Part shown: one piece after another, positions 18,585 to 28,953 of the stretch
Layout of the letters: each line of letters starts with the position of its first letter
Position numbering within the stretch: the stretch's first letter is position 1
DNA from: an uncultured cyanobacterium
GTDB taxonomy: Bacteria; Cyanobacteriota; Cyanobacteriia; CAKZMO01
Direction: 5' to 3'
NCBI GenBank assembly: GCA_963719515.1
Contig: CAVRCJ010000010.1
Coordinates: forward strand, 840,778-904,777
Length of the DNA: 64,000 nt
Notes under the pieces: generated by a model
Told to the model about the DNA's origin: nothing
Databases searched by the model: none
What the model saw: only the letters and a program-made list of their open reading frames with translations
Translations under genes and position numbers: made by a program

Positions 18585-19823
18585 CTATCGCTGTCGCCGG
18601 TCAAGCCGCTCCATGGCCAGCGTAGCGGTGTTGCCGTGGATGAATAGCGACAGGACGACGGTCAGCGTCACGATATTCCACAGCACATCAATGTTCTCAA
18701 AGCTGCCGTTGTTTTGAGCATAGGCTAAGTAATAGAACGAGCCAAACCCTCGAATTCCCAGAAAGGCGATCGCCCCTCGCTCTAGCTTCGATAGCTTTAT
18801 CCCCACCAGAGAGAGCAGCGCCGACAGCGGCCTTACCAGCAGCATAAACAGCGCCGCAAACAGAACGTTACGCCAGGTCAGCAGGTTTACGTCGGCGGTG
18901 GCCACCAGTCCCCCCAGAGCAATTAACAGCAGTCCAGCAAAAATCCGCTCTAGCTGCGTAGCAAATTGGTAGGGCTTAGAGTAATAGTCGTGAAACTTCT
19001 CGATATTCTGCCGGCTAGAGGCCGCCGCCGCAAACACCGCTAAGAAGCCGTAGCCGTGCAGCGCTTCCGCCAGCCCGTAGGACAAGAAAATAGCCGAAAC
19101 AACGAACAGACCCTCGCGGGTGTCCTCGCGCACCGTCTCATCGGAAACGCGAAAGGCGTAGTGGGCCAGCAGCCAGCCGACGCCAATGCCGACGCCGACG
19201 CCCATCACCACCCGGTATACCGCGTCGTAGGCCAGCCAGTTCAATAGCCAGTCCCCAAACTTACCCTCGTGCTTTGCCACCCCCAGCGCCAGATAGATAA
19301 ACGGAAACGCTAGGCCATCGTTGAGTCCGGCCTCGGCGGTTAAGCCAAAGCGCACGGGGCCTTCCCCTCCTTTGTTGGGCGGCCCCACCTGAACGCTGTG
19401 GGCCATCACAGGATCCGTTGGCGCGAGGCAAGCTCCCAGTAAAATTGCATCCGCCAGCGGTAAGCCAAAGATCCAGTTTCCCAGCAATACGGCGGCGATG
19501 ATGCAGAGCGGCATCGAAATGCACAAAAGCCGCAGCGCCGACTGCCAGGTGCGGAGACGAAAGCTGCGGTCGATGGCAAGTCCTGCCCCGGCCAGTGACA
19601 AAATTACGATCAGCTCTGTCGCATATTCCGCGACGACGCTGTGGGTCTCATTGCGAATGGGGTCAATGAGCGGCAGCTCTACCGACTGGCTAAACAGGAG
19701 CGCTGCGAGCAGGAAGTAGAGTAGCGGCACGTTGATGAAGCGAGCACCCCGCAAGCTGGGCAACCAGGTCAGCCCTAACAGCGCTAGACCAAAGGCAATA
19801 TATAACGTTATTTTGGGGTCCAT
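18585..19823 (-). CDS. Cation:proton antiporter (CPA1/NhaP family)
   Basis: Multi-TM; APTDPV, EAGLNDG, GIRGFGS. Confidence 0.9.
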   Translation of the reverse strand: MDPKITLYIAFGLALLGLTWLPSLRGARFINVPLLYFLLAALLFSQSVELPLIDPIRNETHSVVAEYATELIVILSLAGAGLAIDRSFRLRTWQSALRLLCISMPLCIIAAVLLGNWIFGLPLADAILLGACLAPTDPVMAHSVQVGPPNKGGEGPVRFGLTAEAGLNDGLAFPFIYLALGVAKHEGKFGDWLLNWLAYDAVYRVVMGVGVGIGVGWLLAHYAFRVSDETVREDTREGLFVVSAIFLSYGLAEALHGYGFLAVFAAAASSRQNIEKFHDYYSKPYQFATQLERIFAGLLLIALGGLVATADVNLLTWRNVLFAALFMLLVRPLSALLSLVGIKLSKLERGAIAFLGIRGFGSFYYLAYAQNNGSFENIDVLWNIVTLTVVLSLFIHGNTATLAMERLDRRQR

Positions 19824-19980
19824 AGCGCCAAGAATTGTAGGACAAGCAAGGCCGCATCTTCAACCTGGCCCCTTAAGAGGTTAGAACGTTAGACTCAAGC
19901 TTGCTCTATATCATCAGGCTAAGGTCGCCTGTAAGCACGGTTCTAAAGACGGAGTTACGACAGGTAGAAAGGCTGAACCG

Positions 19981-20715
19981 CTAGAGCGCCCGGCCCAGAA
20001 AGGAGATCGCCTCTCCCCAAGCGATGTCGGTAGCCACGGAATCATAGCGATAGCCGTCGTCCCGCATGAAGGTGTGGTTGGTCTCATACAGCAGCGTCTC
20101 GTGCCGGGTGCCCGCCTTGTCCAGGGCCTTGAGAATGGCCTCTCGTCCCTCAGAGGGAACATGGGGGTCTAAGGTGCCAAAAATTGTGAGCACCTCTCCT
20201 TTGATTTCGCCGACCCGCTCTAGGGTATCGGCTACCCCACGCCCCAGCTTGCCGCTGTGAATTCCGGTCGGGTAGATGCACACGGCAGCCTTGACCCAAC
20301 TTTGCAGCGCCGCTCGAAAAGCCAAATGCCCACCGATGCAAAAGCCAAAGGTGCCTAGCCTATCGACCATCACCCGCTCGTCGCTCGCCAGCCACCCCAA
20401 CACCGCCCCGGTGTCGGCGTCATACTCGGCGATCGCGGTCCGTCGAGCATCGTCGTTGCCCCGCAGCTTTCCAATGTCAGTCGGCTCAATCACTGCGCCA
20501 ACGGGCTCTAACCGGTGGAAGATTTCCGGGGCCGCCACCACGTAACCGTAGCCTGCAAGACGATTGGCGAGCCGGGTGATGGGGCCCCCTAGCTGATAAA
20601 TATCTGAATAGAACAAAATTCCGGGATAGTGCCCTACAGGTTCTGGGGCGGCGACATAAACCCGCATGAGGCTATCGTCTACGGTCAAGCCGACGTTGCT
20701 TGTTGTAATCTGCAT
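19981..20715 (-). CDS. Dienelactone hydrolase family
   Basis: GFCIGG nucleophile elbow, DPH, NHTFMRD. Confidence 0.9.
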   Translation of the reverse strand: MQITTSNVGLTVDDSLMRVYVAAPEPVGHYPGILFYSDIYQLGGPITRLANRLAGYGYVVAAPEIFHRLEPVGAVIEPTDIGKLRGNDDARRTAIAEYDADTGAVLGWLASDERVMVDRLGTFGFCIGGHLAFRAALQSWVKAAVCIYPTGIHSGKLGRGVADTLERVGEIKGEVLTIFGTLDPHVPSEGREAILKALDKAGTRHETLLYETNHTFMRDDGYRYDSVATDIAWGEAISFLGRAL

Positions 20716-20741
20716 AATGTCCCCTTAATTCCTTGACCCTC

Positions 20742-21101
20742 ATGACGCTTCATGTCTACGGTATTCCTAACTGCGGCACCTGCAAAAAGGCTATGGCCTG
20801 GCTTGAGAGCAGCGACATCCCCTATGAGTTTATCAACACTAAAGAACAGCCTCCTGAGCAGGAGGAAATTCGGCAGTGGGTGGCGGACATCGGCTCAAAA
20901 CCCCTGCGCAATACCTCTGGCCAAAGCTACCGCGCTTTAGGGGAGACCCGCAGCACCTGGAGCGACGAGCAGTGGGTGGAGGCGTTTTCTCAAGACGTCA
21001 TGCTGCTAAAGCGCCCGCTGTGGGTGAGAGACGGAAAGGCGCTGATGGCAGGGTTCCGGGGCAGTGAGGAGAAGACTCGCGAGACGCTGGGGCTAGACTA
21101 G
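20742..21101 (+). CDS. ArsC/Spx family thioredoxin-fold protein
   Basis: YGIPNCGTCKKA, LLKRP. Confidence 0.88.
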   Translation: MTLHVYGIPNCGTCKKAMAWLESSDIPYEFINTKEQPPEQEEIRQWVADIGSKPLRNTSGQSYRALGETRSTWSDEQWVEAFSQDVMLLKRPLWVRDGKALMAGFRGSEEKTRETLGLD

Positions 21102-21240
21102 CTCGTTTGCCAATAGGCTGGCTGTGCTTTCAGCGACTAAGCTCATTTAAGTTGAGGTCTTGCCCCAACGTCCCGACCCTCAGTCGCAGTATTTAATCGC
21201 AATGCTCAATGGCAATATTCAGTCGTAATGTTCAATCGTA

Positions 21241-21918
21241 ATGTTCAATCGCGCCGTATTTCGGACCGGACTGCTCAGCGTAGGCGTCTGGTGTAGCCTA
21301 CAGCCTTTGGCGATCGCCAGCTCACAATCCCTAGTGGATGAAGTGGTGGACCACCTGACGGGCGTTCTAGATACCACGGAGCAGGCCCGCCGGCACCCCG
21401 AGCAGCCTGCAGTACAGATGACGACCTGCCGTATTGACGTCGCCGTTGACGACTCTATGACCGGCAGCGCGACGTTCCTTTACCAAGAGCAGGCCCTTGC
21501 CGCATCTCTGGCTCAGCCATACCGGCAGCGCCTGCTGCAGATTGCCCCCCTGCCGGGCCTGATCTCTGGCGGCTTCGTGGAATCAATAAGCTACCGCCCT
21601 CTTGAGACAGAGGCCTTAGTCGGGCTGTGCGATCGCCCCCTCGCCGAGCGATCGCTATCTTTTAGTCAAATCGGTGAAGTCACCTGCCGCGTTTTCCTCA
21701 CCCCCGTCCCAGAGGGCTTTCGCGGGGTAACGGCTTCGGAGGGCTGCCCAACTGACGTGCGGGGAGCCGTTCGCGTCACTAACGAAATCCTGCTGCACAA
21801 CCGGGGGATGGACACTTGGGACCGAGGATTTGACGCGGCAGGGCAGCAGGTATGGGGGGCCACCACCGACCCCTACCAATTTCGCCGGCAAAATTCTGAT
21901 AGTGATGAGGAGCTATAG
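21241..21918 (+). CDS. CpcT/CpeT family chromophore lyase-like protein
   Basis: LYQEQA...PYRQR, WDRGFDAAGQQVWGA. Confidence 0.8.
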   Translation: MFNRAVFRTGLLSVGVWCSLQPLAIASSQSLVDEVVDHLTGVLDTTEQARRHPEQPAVQMTTCRIDVAVDDSMTGSATFLYQEQALAASLAQPYRQRLLQIAPLPGLISGGFVESISYRPLETEALVGLCDRPLAERSLSFSQIGEVTCRVFLTPVPEGFRGVTASEGCPTDVRGAVRVTNEILLHNRGMDTWDRGFDAAGQQVWGATTDPYQFRRQNSDSDEEL

Positions 21919-22596
21919 ATGCTAGTCAACGTCTCGGACACCAAGACCCAGGGCCTCAGGCTGTTCTTAGACACCGCCGACGCCGAGCAGTGGGCGACTT
22001 GGCTTTCCACTGGCCTCTTTTATGGCGTGACAACAAATCCGCTGCTGCTGCAGCGGGCAAATTTGGACTGCTCTATTGAGCAGCTCGGACTGCTCGTCGA
22101 CAAAGCGCTGTCCTATGGGGTACGCGAAATTCACCTGCAAACCTGGGGCAGCGCCATGGCGGAAACGGGTCTGGCGCTGGCAAGGCTAAACGATCGCGTC
22201 GTGGTAAAGGTGCCGCTGACCCAAACCGGCGTGGAGGCTGCCGCTAAGCTCTCTAAAGACAGCCCCATTACGCTGACTGCGGCCTACTATGCCCATCAGG
22301 CTCTCGTAGGAGCAGCCCTAGGCGCTGCCTACGTTGCCCCCTATCTAGGTCGCCTCACCGACGCAGGCCAAGATGGACGCGAGATAGTCGCAGCAATGCA
22401 GCGATCGCTCACGGCGCTCAACAGCGATACCCGGCTGCTCGTCGCCAGCATTCGGCAGGTGGCAGATCTGACGGTACTCTCGCAGCAGGGGCTCAATACG
22501 TTCACAATTTCTCCAGCGATCGCTCAAGCGCTGTTTTCAGTGCCCCTGACCGAGAAGGCCGCCGCCGATTTTGAGGCCGCTGCTGACGCCAGCTAG
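21919..22596 (+). CDS. Transaldolase/fructose-6-phosphate aldolase family
   Basis: LFLDTAD, GVTTNP, VVKVP, YVAPYLGR, LVASIR. Confidence 0.9.
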   Translation: MLVNVSDTKTQGLRLFLDTADAEQWATWLSTGLFYGVTTNPLLLQRANLDCSIEQLGLLVDKALSYGVREIHLQTWGSAMAETGLALARLNDRVVVKVPLTQTGVEAAAKLSKDSPITLTAAYYAHQALVGAALGAAYVAPYLGRLTDAGQDGREIVAAMQRSLTALNSDTRLLVASIRQVADLTVLSQQGLNTFTISPAIAQALFSVPLTEKAAADFEAAADAS

Positions 22597-22605
22597 AGTT
22601 TGTTT

Positions 22606-22842
22606 CTAGACTTTGTTTAGGTTGATGCCGGCTTCGCGGGCCATAGCCTCGATGCCGCGATTCTTGAGGGTTTTAATGGCTTTGGTCGATAGGCGCAGCT
22701 TCACCCAGCGATTGCCTTGAGGCCACCAAACGCGCTTGCTCTGCAGGTTGACGCCCTGCAGCTTTTTTGTGCGACGGTGGGAGTGGGATACAGCAAAGGC
22801 ATTGTTTGCCTTTTTCCCCGTGAGTGTACATCTACGAGCCAT
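22606..22842 (-). CDS. rpmB: 50S ribosomal protein L28
   Basis: [13 protein letters not shown]...SHSHRRTKK. Confidence 0.98.
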   Translation of the reverse strand: MARRCTLTGKKANNAFAVSHSHRRTKKLQGVNLQSKRVWWPQGNRWVKLRLSTKAIKTLKNRGIEAMAREAGINLNKV

Positions 22843-23116
22843 GGCGGTCTCCGGTTCAACAAAACAGCACGGTCTAAAATTATAGACGATTCTTGTAGCA
22901 GATTGGTGTTAGAAATGCGCTGCCCTAACCGACTCTCGACTTGAGAGGCTAGCTGGTATTGGACGGTGGGTCTAGCTCCAAGCCTTCAATTGTGAGAGTA
23001 AGCAGACAGTTTTAACTATCGAATTGCACGTAGTAAGTTGAGAGCCCGTAAACCATTGAAAAGCGCTTACGGGTAGCAAGCGCTCTCAGTATATCTATGG
23101 GAGCTTCTAGGAAAGG

Positions 23117-24463
23117 CTATGTCCTAGCGACCGAACAGCAAACTCGAAAACCAATAGTGGGATCCCGGAGGTCGGCCCCGCGCTTGCCACGGCACGCAGA
23201 GCGGCAAGGCCTAGGAATGAGATCAAGCGAACCGCCGCGTATTACACGCCTATGCTCATGCTCGTTCAGCCAAGCCGAACCGTCCGCAGGGGCATTGTTG
23301 TAATTTTTGTGCCAGGTATCTTGACACCACTCCCACAAGTTTCCGTGCATGTCATGGAGTCCGAAGGTATTAGGAGGATATTTGCCTACATCAGTCGTTT
23401 CTCTTGCTCCAAAACCATAAGGTGCAAGTCGACTGTTGATCGACTGGCCAAAGTAATAAGGCGTCTGTGTCCCAGCACGGCAGGCATATTCCCATTCGGC
23501 CTCGCTCGGCAGTCGATAAGGTGTCTTGGCGTACTCGCTAAGCCGAGCACAAAACTCTTGAGCCTCTCTCCACGAAATCTGCTCAACAGGATAAAGAGCC
23601 TCTTTGGAGTAAGAGGGTTCAGCCTCTAATTCTTGCTTCACCTTCGGTAGTGCAGCAACAGCCCGCCACTGCATCTGAGTTACCTGGTATTTCCCCATCC
23701 AGAAAGCCGAAATATTCACCTCATGCAGAGGGCCCTCGGAGTCTAATCGTTTCTCTTCATTTTCTGAGCTACCCATAGAAAATACGCCGCCCGGTATTCT
23801 CACCATGTCTAGAGTGACATCGTCGCTCAAATCCTCTCGGTAGTATTCCGCCTGACCTAGTCGTCGCTCTATCTCTACACCCTCTGCGTTGACCACGATA
23901 ATGTCGAAGGTAAACCTCGGATGAGATAGCTCTGGCTGCACTGTAGGCTGAGCGATAGGTATTTCAGGAATTGCAGGCACAGGCTGTGTCGATTCCTCTA
24001 GCAGGCCTTTAATGCCCTTTATCAAACGCGAGACATCTGTATGAAACCTTGGGTCGTAACCTACCCGCGTCCCATTGCGTCGGGCCAATGCTTGCAGTGA
24101 TTCTGGCAACTCAAATCGATCTGGGATCATTGCCCCTTCTAGTAAAACTGGAATAACTGATATGTCTTGTCTAAGTGCAGACTCTATTTCAATACGTACG
24201 AAATCGTCAGGGTTGTCTAGACGCCGTTTCCCACTAGAATCTGTTACTGTCAACCATGTCTTACCAATGATGACAAGCAACACCTGACAACGACTTACCG
24301 CACGGTCTAGGAACTCTGCAAAGTCAACACCAAGAGGAATGCTGTCTATGTCTTTGAAAACGTGCTCTTGACCAAATTCAGTCACTAAGCGATCGTATAT
24401 CCGACCAGTATCAGAAATGCTATCACTGCGGCGATAGCTGATGAAGATTGATCCACCAGGCAT
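23117..24463 (-). CDS. TIR + FGE-sulfatase (C-type lectin fold) domain protein
   Basis: IFISYRRSDS TIR with RIEIE; RLPSEAEWEYACRAG, GLHDMHGNLWEW, RGGS, GFRV; lower GC. Confidence 0.9.
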   Translation of the reverse strand: MPGGSIFISYRRSDSISDTGRIYDRLVTEFGQEHVFKDIDSIPLGVDFAEFLDRAVSRCQVLLVIIGKTWLTVTDSSGKRRLDNPDDFVRIEIESALRQDISVIPVLLEGAMIPDRFELPESLQALARRNGTRVGYDPRFHTDVSRLIKGIKGLLEESTQPVPAIPEIPIAQPTVQPELSHPRFTFDIIVVNAEGVEIERRLGQAEYYREDLSDDVTLDMVRIPGGVFSMGSSENEEKRLDSEGPLHEVNISAFWMGKYQVTQMQWRAVAALPKVKQELEAEPSYSKEALYPVEQISWREAQEFCARLSEYAKTPYRLPSEAEWEYACRAGTQTPYYFGQSINSRLAPYGFGARETTDVGKYPPNTFGLHDMHGNLWEWCQDTWHKNYNNAPADGSAWLNEHEHRRVIRGGSLDLIPRPCRSACRGKRGADLRDPTIGFRVCCSVART

Positions 24464-24672
24464 AATTTGTCGTTAATCTAGTTTGGGCTAGCGGAGAGAC
24501 TACGCTCTTGACAAAAGGCAGTCACTTGCCATGTCCATTTAAGCCGCTTAGCAAAGTCTTATCCAAGTCAGGGAGCTCAGGCTGCAGGGGTCTGACTAAA
24601 GCCCTCAGCGGTAGGGTAGATGCAACAGAAATGTTACTCGTCGACTGCCATCCACCTCTTTACTCAGCTTCT

Positions 24673-25596
24673 TTAAACGCTGCCGTCCTGCCTCACCCGA
24701 GCGTATTCTTCATACACGCCCTGGACATTGTACCAATTCAAAAATACCCGCGCCACCTCTAGCGCCAGCTGAGGCTTTCCCTGGTCAATCAGCCACTGCA
24801 GCAGCGGGGCCATCGTTCGCTCATTCAGCCGCCCGCCCAAAGACAGCCCGCCCCACAAAATTCGGTGCAGCCAGGTCATCTGAATCATGAGCCGCACGGT
24901 CCAGGAGGGATGCTTTTGATAAAACAGCACCCCCATGCGTCCCCGCTGCATTTCTTTATCGATCAGGTTCGGAACCTGGTCCAAGGCAAAGGGGGGATGC
25001 CAGTGATAGCCCACTGCGTCGGGACACTTAATCAGCTTCAGCCCTAGCTGTTTCAGCCGCACCCCTAGCTCTAAATCCTCCCAGCCGTAAAGCTGAAAGC
25101 GGGTGTCGAACAGTCCGGCCTTCTCTAGCCAATGGCGGGCGATCGCCACGTTGCCGGTGGCGAAGTAGGCGGCGGAGAAATCGGTAACTTTGTAGGGTTC
25201 TGCGGTGGGGTTTTCGAAGTTGCAGGTGTTGATCACGCGGCCATAGGTAAAGGCGCAGTCGTCAGGAGCTAGGGCGGTCGCGTGAGCCTCTAGAAATACA
25301 GGAGTGACGACGAGATCGCTATCGATAAAGATAATGGTGTCGCCCTTGGACTGCTCCACGCCGAGGTTGCGGGCGGCGGCGGGGCCGAGGTGAGCCTGTT
25401 TAAGGAGACGAACGTGGGGGAGAGCGATATGGGTGAGCCAGTCTACAGTGCCGTCGGTGGAGCCATCGTCTACTACCACGACCTCATAGCCGTCAATGGG
25501 GACGCCCGCGCTCCAAACCTGTCCTTCGAGAGCCAGCAGGCATTTTTCGAGGATGGGTTTGCGGTTGTAGGTGGGAATGACGACGCTAAAAAACAC
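24673..25596 (-). CDS. Glycosyltransferase family 2
   Basis: SVVIPTYNR, VDDGSTD, FIDSD, GWEDLE. Confidence 0.92.
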   Translation of the reverse strand: MFFSVVIPTYNRKPILEKCLLALEGQVWSAGVPIDGYEVVVVDDGSTDGTVDWLTHIALPHVRLLKQAHLGPAAARNLGVEQSKGDTIIFIDSDLVVTPVFLEAHATALAPDDCAFTYGRVINTCNFENPTAEPYKVTDFSAAYFATGNVAIARHWLEKAGLFDTRFQLYGWEDLELGVRLKQLGLKLIKCPDAVGYHWHPPFALDQVPNLIDKEMQRGRMGVLFYQKHPSWTVRLMIQMTWLHRILWGGLSLGGRLNERTMAPLLQWLIDQGKPQLALEVARVFLNWYNVQGVYEEYARVRQDGSV

Positions 25597-25647
25597 GGGC
25601 GATCGCTACAGGACTAGTGAAGTGTAGGAACACAGCATGCCATATCC

Positions 25648-26256
25648 CTACGCTTTCCAATCATATTTCATGTATGTGGCCGTCTCCTGTGCCGCATCTT
25701 GACCCAGCAGCTTCGCCACCAAATAAAACGACGCGTCGAGGCCTGCCGAGATGCCCCCGGAAAAGACGATCTTGCCGTTGTCAACCCAGCGATCGCCCTC
25801 GCGAACGTCGACATCGGGGGCGGCCTGACGAAGATCCTCAAAAGCCCCGTGGTGGGTGGTGGCCGCCCCATTTACAAGTCCCGCTTTAGCCAAAATCAGC
25901 GCACCGGTACAGACCGACAGCACCTGCTCGGTTTTTGGGTAGCGATCGTTGATCCAGTCTAGAAGCGGCTGATTGAGCATTTCCCGGCGGGTGCCGTAGC
26001 CTGTGCCATCAGGGTGACGACCGCCACCGCCGGGGACGACGAGAATGTCGGGCTGCGGGCAGGTCTCCAGGGTGTAGCTTGGGTTGATGCTCATGGCATT
26101 TCTAGCGGCGATGGGCGTCTTTTCGGCAACGGTGTAGACGTTGAACGGATCGGAGCCGTCGCGCCTGCCGGTGACGGAGAAGACCTCAAAAGGGCCGCAA
26201 AAGTCTAGAACTTCGACATCGTCAAAAACAAGAATGGCTACGTTGCGCTGTTTCAT
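25648..26256 (-). CDS. DJ-1/PfpI family protein
   Basis: EVLDFCGPFEVF, VPGG, SVCTGA. Confidence 0.9.
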   Translation of the reverse strand: MKQRNVAILVFDDVEVLDFCGPFEVFSVTGRRDGSDPFNVYTVAEKTPIAARNAMSINPSYTLETCPQPDILVVPGGGGRHPDGTGYGTRREMLNQPLLDWINDRYPKTEQVLSVCTGALILAKAGLVNGAATTHHGAFEDLRQAAPDVDVREGDRWVDNGKIVFSGGISAGLDASFYLVAKLLGQDAAQETATYMKYDWKA

Positions 26257-26363
26257 AGGGTTTGACTTTCAACCAGTGTTGATTCTCAGTCAATAGCAGG
26301 AGCCTTGACTGTAGTGACTTCCTGAATGCATCTATGATATGTGAACAACGTTGGACCCGATCA

Positions 26364-27140
26364 CTACCAGGGCAGGCGGCTACCGTCCCAGGAGAAAAAC
26401 TCCCCGCTGTCCTCCCGCTCTAGGCCACGAATCACCTCGAGCAATAGCCCCACCGTCTTCTCCACCGAAAACAGCTTCCCCTCTGGTACGTTGCGCTGAA
26501 ACGGCTTCGACAGCTGCGTATCGGTAGTGCCGGGGTGCAGCGCCACCAAAATCGTTTGGGGACTGCGGCGACCGTATTCAATTGCTGCGGTGCGAATCAG
26601 CATGTTCAGCGCCGCCTTAGAGGCCCGGTAGCCATACCACCCGCCTAAGTGATTGTCGCCAATGCTGCCCACCTTGGCGGAAATCGTGGCCACCACCGAG
26701 CGATCGCCGTGGCGCAGCAGAGGCTGCAGGTGCTTAATCAGCAAAATGGCGCTGATGCTGTTGACCTGGAAGGAACGGGTGAGGTTCTCCAGGTCAACTT
26801 GGCGTAGGCTCTTCTCAGGCTGCTGCGTGTCGCTGTGCAGCATGCCGACGCAGTTGACGACCAGATGCAGCTTCGGCGTGGCGGCGCTAATGGCGGCCAG
26901 CCCTTTAGCGACCTGCCCTTCATCCGTCAAGTCCATCTGTACTGCCGTGAGGCGGTGAGGATGCTGGGCCTGAAGAGCCAACAATTCTGAGGCCGTTTCG
27001 GCGCGGCGGTAGGTGGCGTATAGCGAGGTAACAGTTTCATCCTGTAGCATCGCCCTAACAAACCCCAGCCCAATGCCCTGACTTGCCCCTACCACCAGCG
27101 CGTGCGCAGTCTCGACCCCTTGAATAATTCCCATCAGCAA
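26364..27140 (-). CDS. SDR oxidoreductase (CsgA/C-factor-like)
   Basis: GASQGIG, SAKVGSIGDN, YRASKAA, HPGTTDT. Confidence 0.9.
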   Translation of the reverse strand: MLMGIIQGVETAHALVVGASQGIGLGFVRAMLQDETVTSLYATYRRAETASELLALQAQHPHRLTAVQMDLTDEGQVAKGLAAISAATPKLHLVVNCVGMLHSDTQQPEKSLRQVDLENLTRSFQVNSISAILLIKHLQPLLRHGDRSVVATISAKVGSIGDNHLGGWYGYRASKAALNMLIRTAAIEYGRRSPQTILVALHPGTTDTQLSKPFQRNVPEGKLFSVEKTVGLLLEVIRGLEREDSGEFFSWDGSRLPW

Positions 27141-27238
27141 TTGGCGAAACGATTGACTGGCGATAGTACTCCCCTTAGTGTAGACATATTACTGTAGACA
27201 TTAAGAGACTCTCAGGGCTCCACGCCTCAAGCATCCTG

Positions 27239-27559
27239 ATGGCCGACCCCGACCACTGCACCGAACTCACAGTTCACTTTCTAGACGGCCACAACGAGTC
27301 TTACACCGTCTACGATGCGACAGAAAATGGGCGCTTTGTGGGGATTCAGTCGCGGCTTGAGGCCATGCTCGAAAAGCGCTGGTGGGTGCTCCACCTGCAG
27401 GACCACACGGTTCTCCTCAATCTCGACAATGTGACTAAGATTGAGGTTAGACCCGGCGTCCCGCAGCTTCAGGGCGACGCCGTGCTAGAAAATGTCGACC
27501 GCATGTCGGCGCTGCGGCGAAGTCGCAGCATAATGTCTGGCCTAACCGACGAGGATTAA
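27239..27559 (+). CDS. Hypothetical protein
   Basis: 106-aa ORF ending 4 nt before the next gene. Confidence 0.6.
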   Translation: MADPDHCTELTVHFLDGHNESYTVYDATENGRFVGIQSRLEAMLEKRWWVLHLQDHTVLLNLDNVTKIEVRPGVPQLQGDAVLENVDRMSALRRSRSIMSGLTDED

Positions 27560-27563
27560 CCAA

Positions 27564-28526
27564 ATGTCCCCTGCCCCTACTGTCAGCCTTCTACGAGCGA
27601 CTCGCTACGACCGCGACCTAGCGGCCAACCTCACCGCGCTGCTAGAGCCTTTGGGCGGCATGGCGGCCTTCGTCAAGCCAGGCGATCGCGTGCTGCTAAA
27701 GCCCAACCTGCTCACGGGAGCCCGTTCCACCCAGGAATGCACCACCCGCCCCGAAATTGTCGCCGCCGTGGGCCAACTGGTAATTGACGCCGGAGGCAAG
27801 CCTTTCCTGGGCGACAGCCCCGCCTTTGGCAGCGCTAGGGGCGTGGCCAAGGCCAACGGCTATCTGCCTATGCTAGAGCGTCTGGGCATCCCGGTGGTGG
27901 AGTTCAGCGGCCAGCGCTGCGGCACAGGCAGCGACGAGTTTGGCCACCTGCGGCTAAGCAAGCAGGCCATGGGGGCCGATGTGGTGATCAACCTGCCTAA
28001 GGTAAAGTCCCACAGCCAGCTGACCCTGACGCTGGGGGTGAAAAACCTGTTCGGCTGCGTCCCCGGCAAGATGAAGGCCTGGTGGCACCTAGAGGCAGGG
28101 AAGGACAAGCAGCGGTTTGCCCGCATGCTGGTGGAAACGGCGAAGGCGATCGCCCCTGACCTCACCATTGCCGACGGCATCGTGGGCCACGAGGGCAACG
28201 GACCTAGCGGCGGCACCCCTCGGGCGTTGGGAGTGCTGGCGGCGTCACGGAATCCTTTTGCTCTAGATCGGGCCTTGGTAGATGTGCTGCAGGTAGACCC
28301 AGAGGCCGTGCCAACAATTGTGGCGTCGCGAGCCCTGGGGCTATGCCCAGAGCTAGAAGAGATTGAGTTTCCCCTGGCGACCTCAGCGGAACTGCAGATT
28401 GACGGCTGGCAGCTACCTGAGCGCCTAGTGCCCATCGATTTTGGGCTACCTCGGGTCATGCGATCGACGATCAAACATCTGTACATTCGCTTCATCCGTG
28501 AGCCTATCAATGCCTACGGACGCTAG
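27564..28526 (+). CDS. DUF362 family protein
   Basis: VLLKPNLL, NLPKVKSH, GVKNLFG, GNGP. Confidence 0.85.
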   Translation: MSPAPTVSLLRATRYDRDLAANLTALLEPLGGMAAFVKPGDRVLLKPNLLTGARSTQECTTRPEIVAAVGQLVIDAGGKPFLGDSPAFGSARGVAKANGYLPMLERLGIPVVEFSGQRCGTGSDEFGHLRLSKQAMGADVVINLPKVKSHSQLTLTLGVKNLFGCVPGKMKAWWHLEAGKDKQRFARMLVETAKAIAPDLTIADGIVGHEGNGPSGGTPRALGVLAASRNPFALDRALVDVLQVDPEAVPTIVASRALGLCPELEEIEFPLATSAELQIDGWQLPERLVPIDFGLPRVMRSTIKHLYIRFIREPINAYGR

Positions 28527-28611
28527 TTCTTGGGTCGGCAATCCCATGAGACAGGTATAGCTTTGAGCACAGCCGCAATAGAACGCGAGCGGACCTAGCG
28601 CGAGCGGTAGA

Positions 28612-28645
28612 CGTTGGGTTACGCTAGCGCTCCAACCCAACCTAC
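28612..28645. repeat. REP-like palindrome (GTTGGGTT...AACCCAAC-CTAC); related copy at 9863-9892
   Basis: Inverted repeat followed by CTAC (GTAG on the minus strand). Confidence 0.7.
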
Positions 28646-28953
28646 AGAGCTCCAATCCAACCTCCGGGACTCCAAACCTACCGTTTCAACTCCCAATAGA
28701 CACCGCTATATGCAGGGGGCCGCTGGGGGAGGCATCCCGTCCCCCAGCAAAGGGGGTTTGGGGGCCAAGCCCCCGAGCAGCCGGTTCGTAATCCAAGTCG
28801 AACCCAGGCCACCATGTCATAGCAGTAACCCCCCCCACAACTTCACACGGCGATCGCCCCAAAATAAATCCTCCAATCTAGCGTTGCTCCAATAGGACAT
28901 ACTTTCCAGCACCGTGGGATAAGCTAGAAAAAAAAGTATCGAGCAATAAAGAC

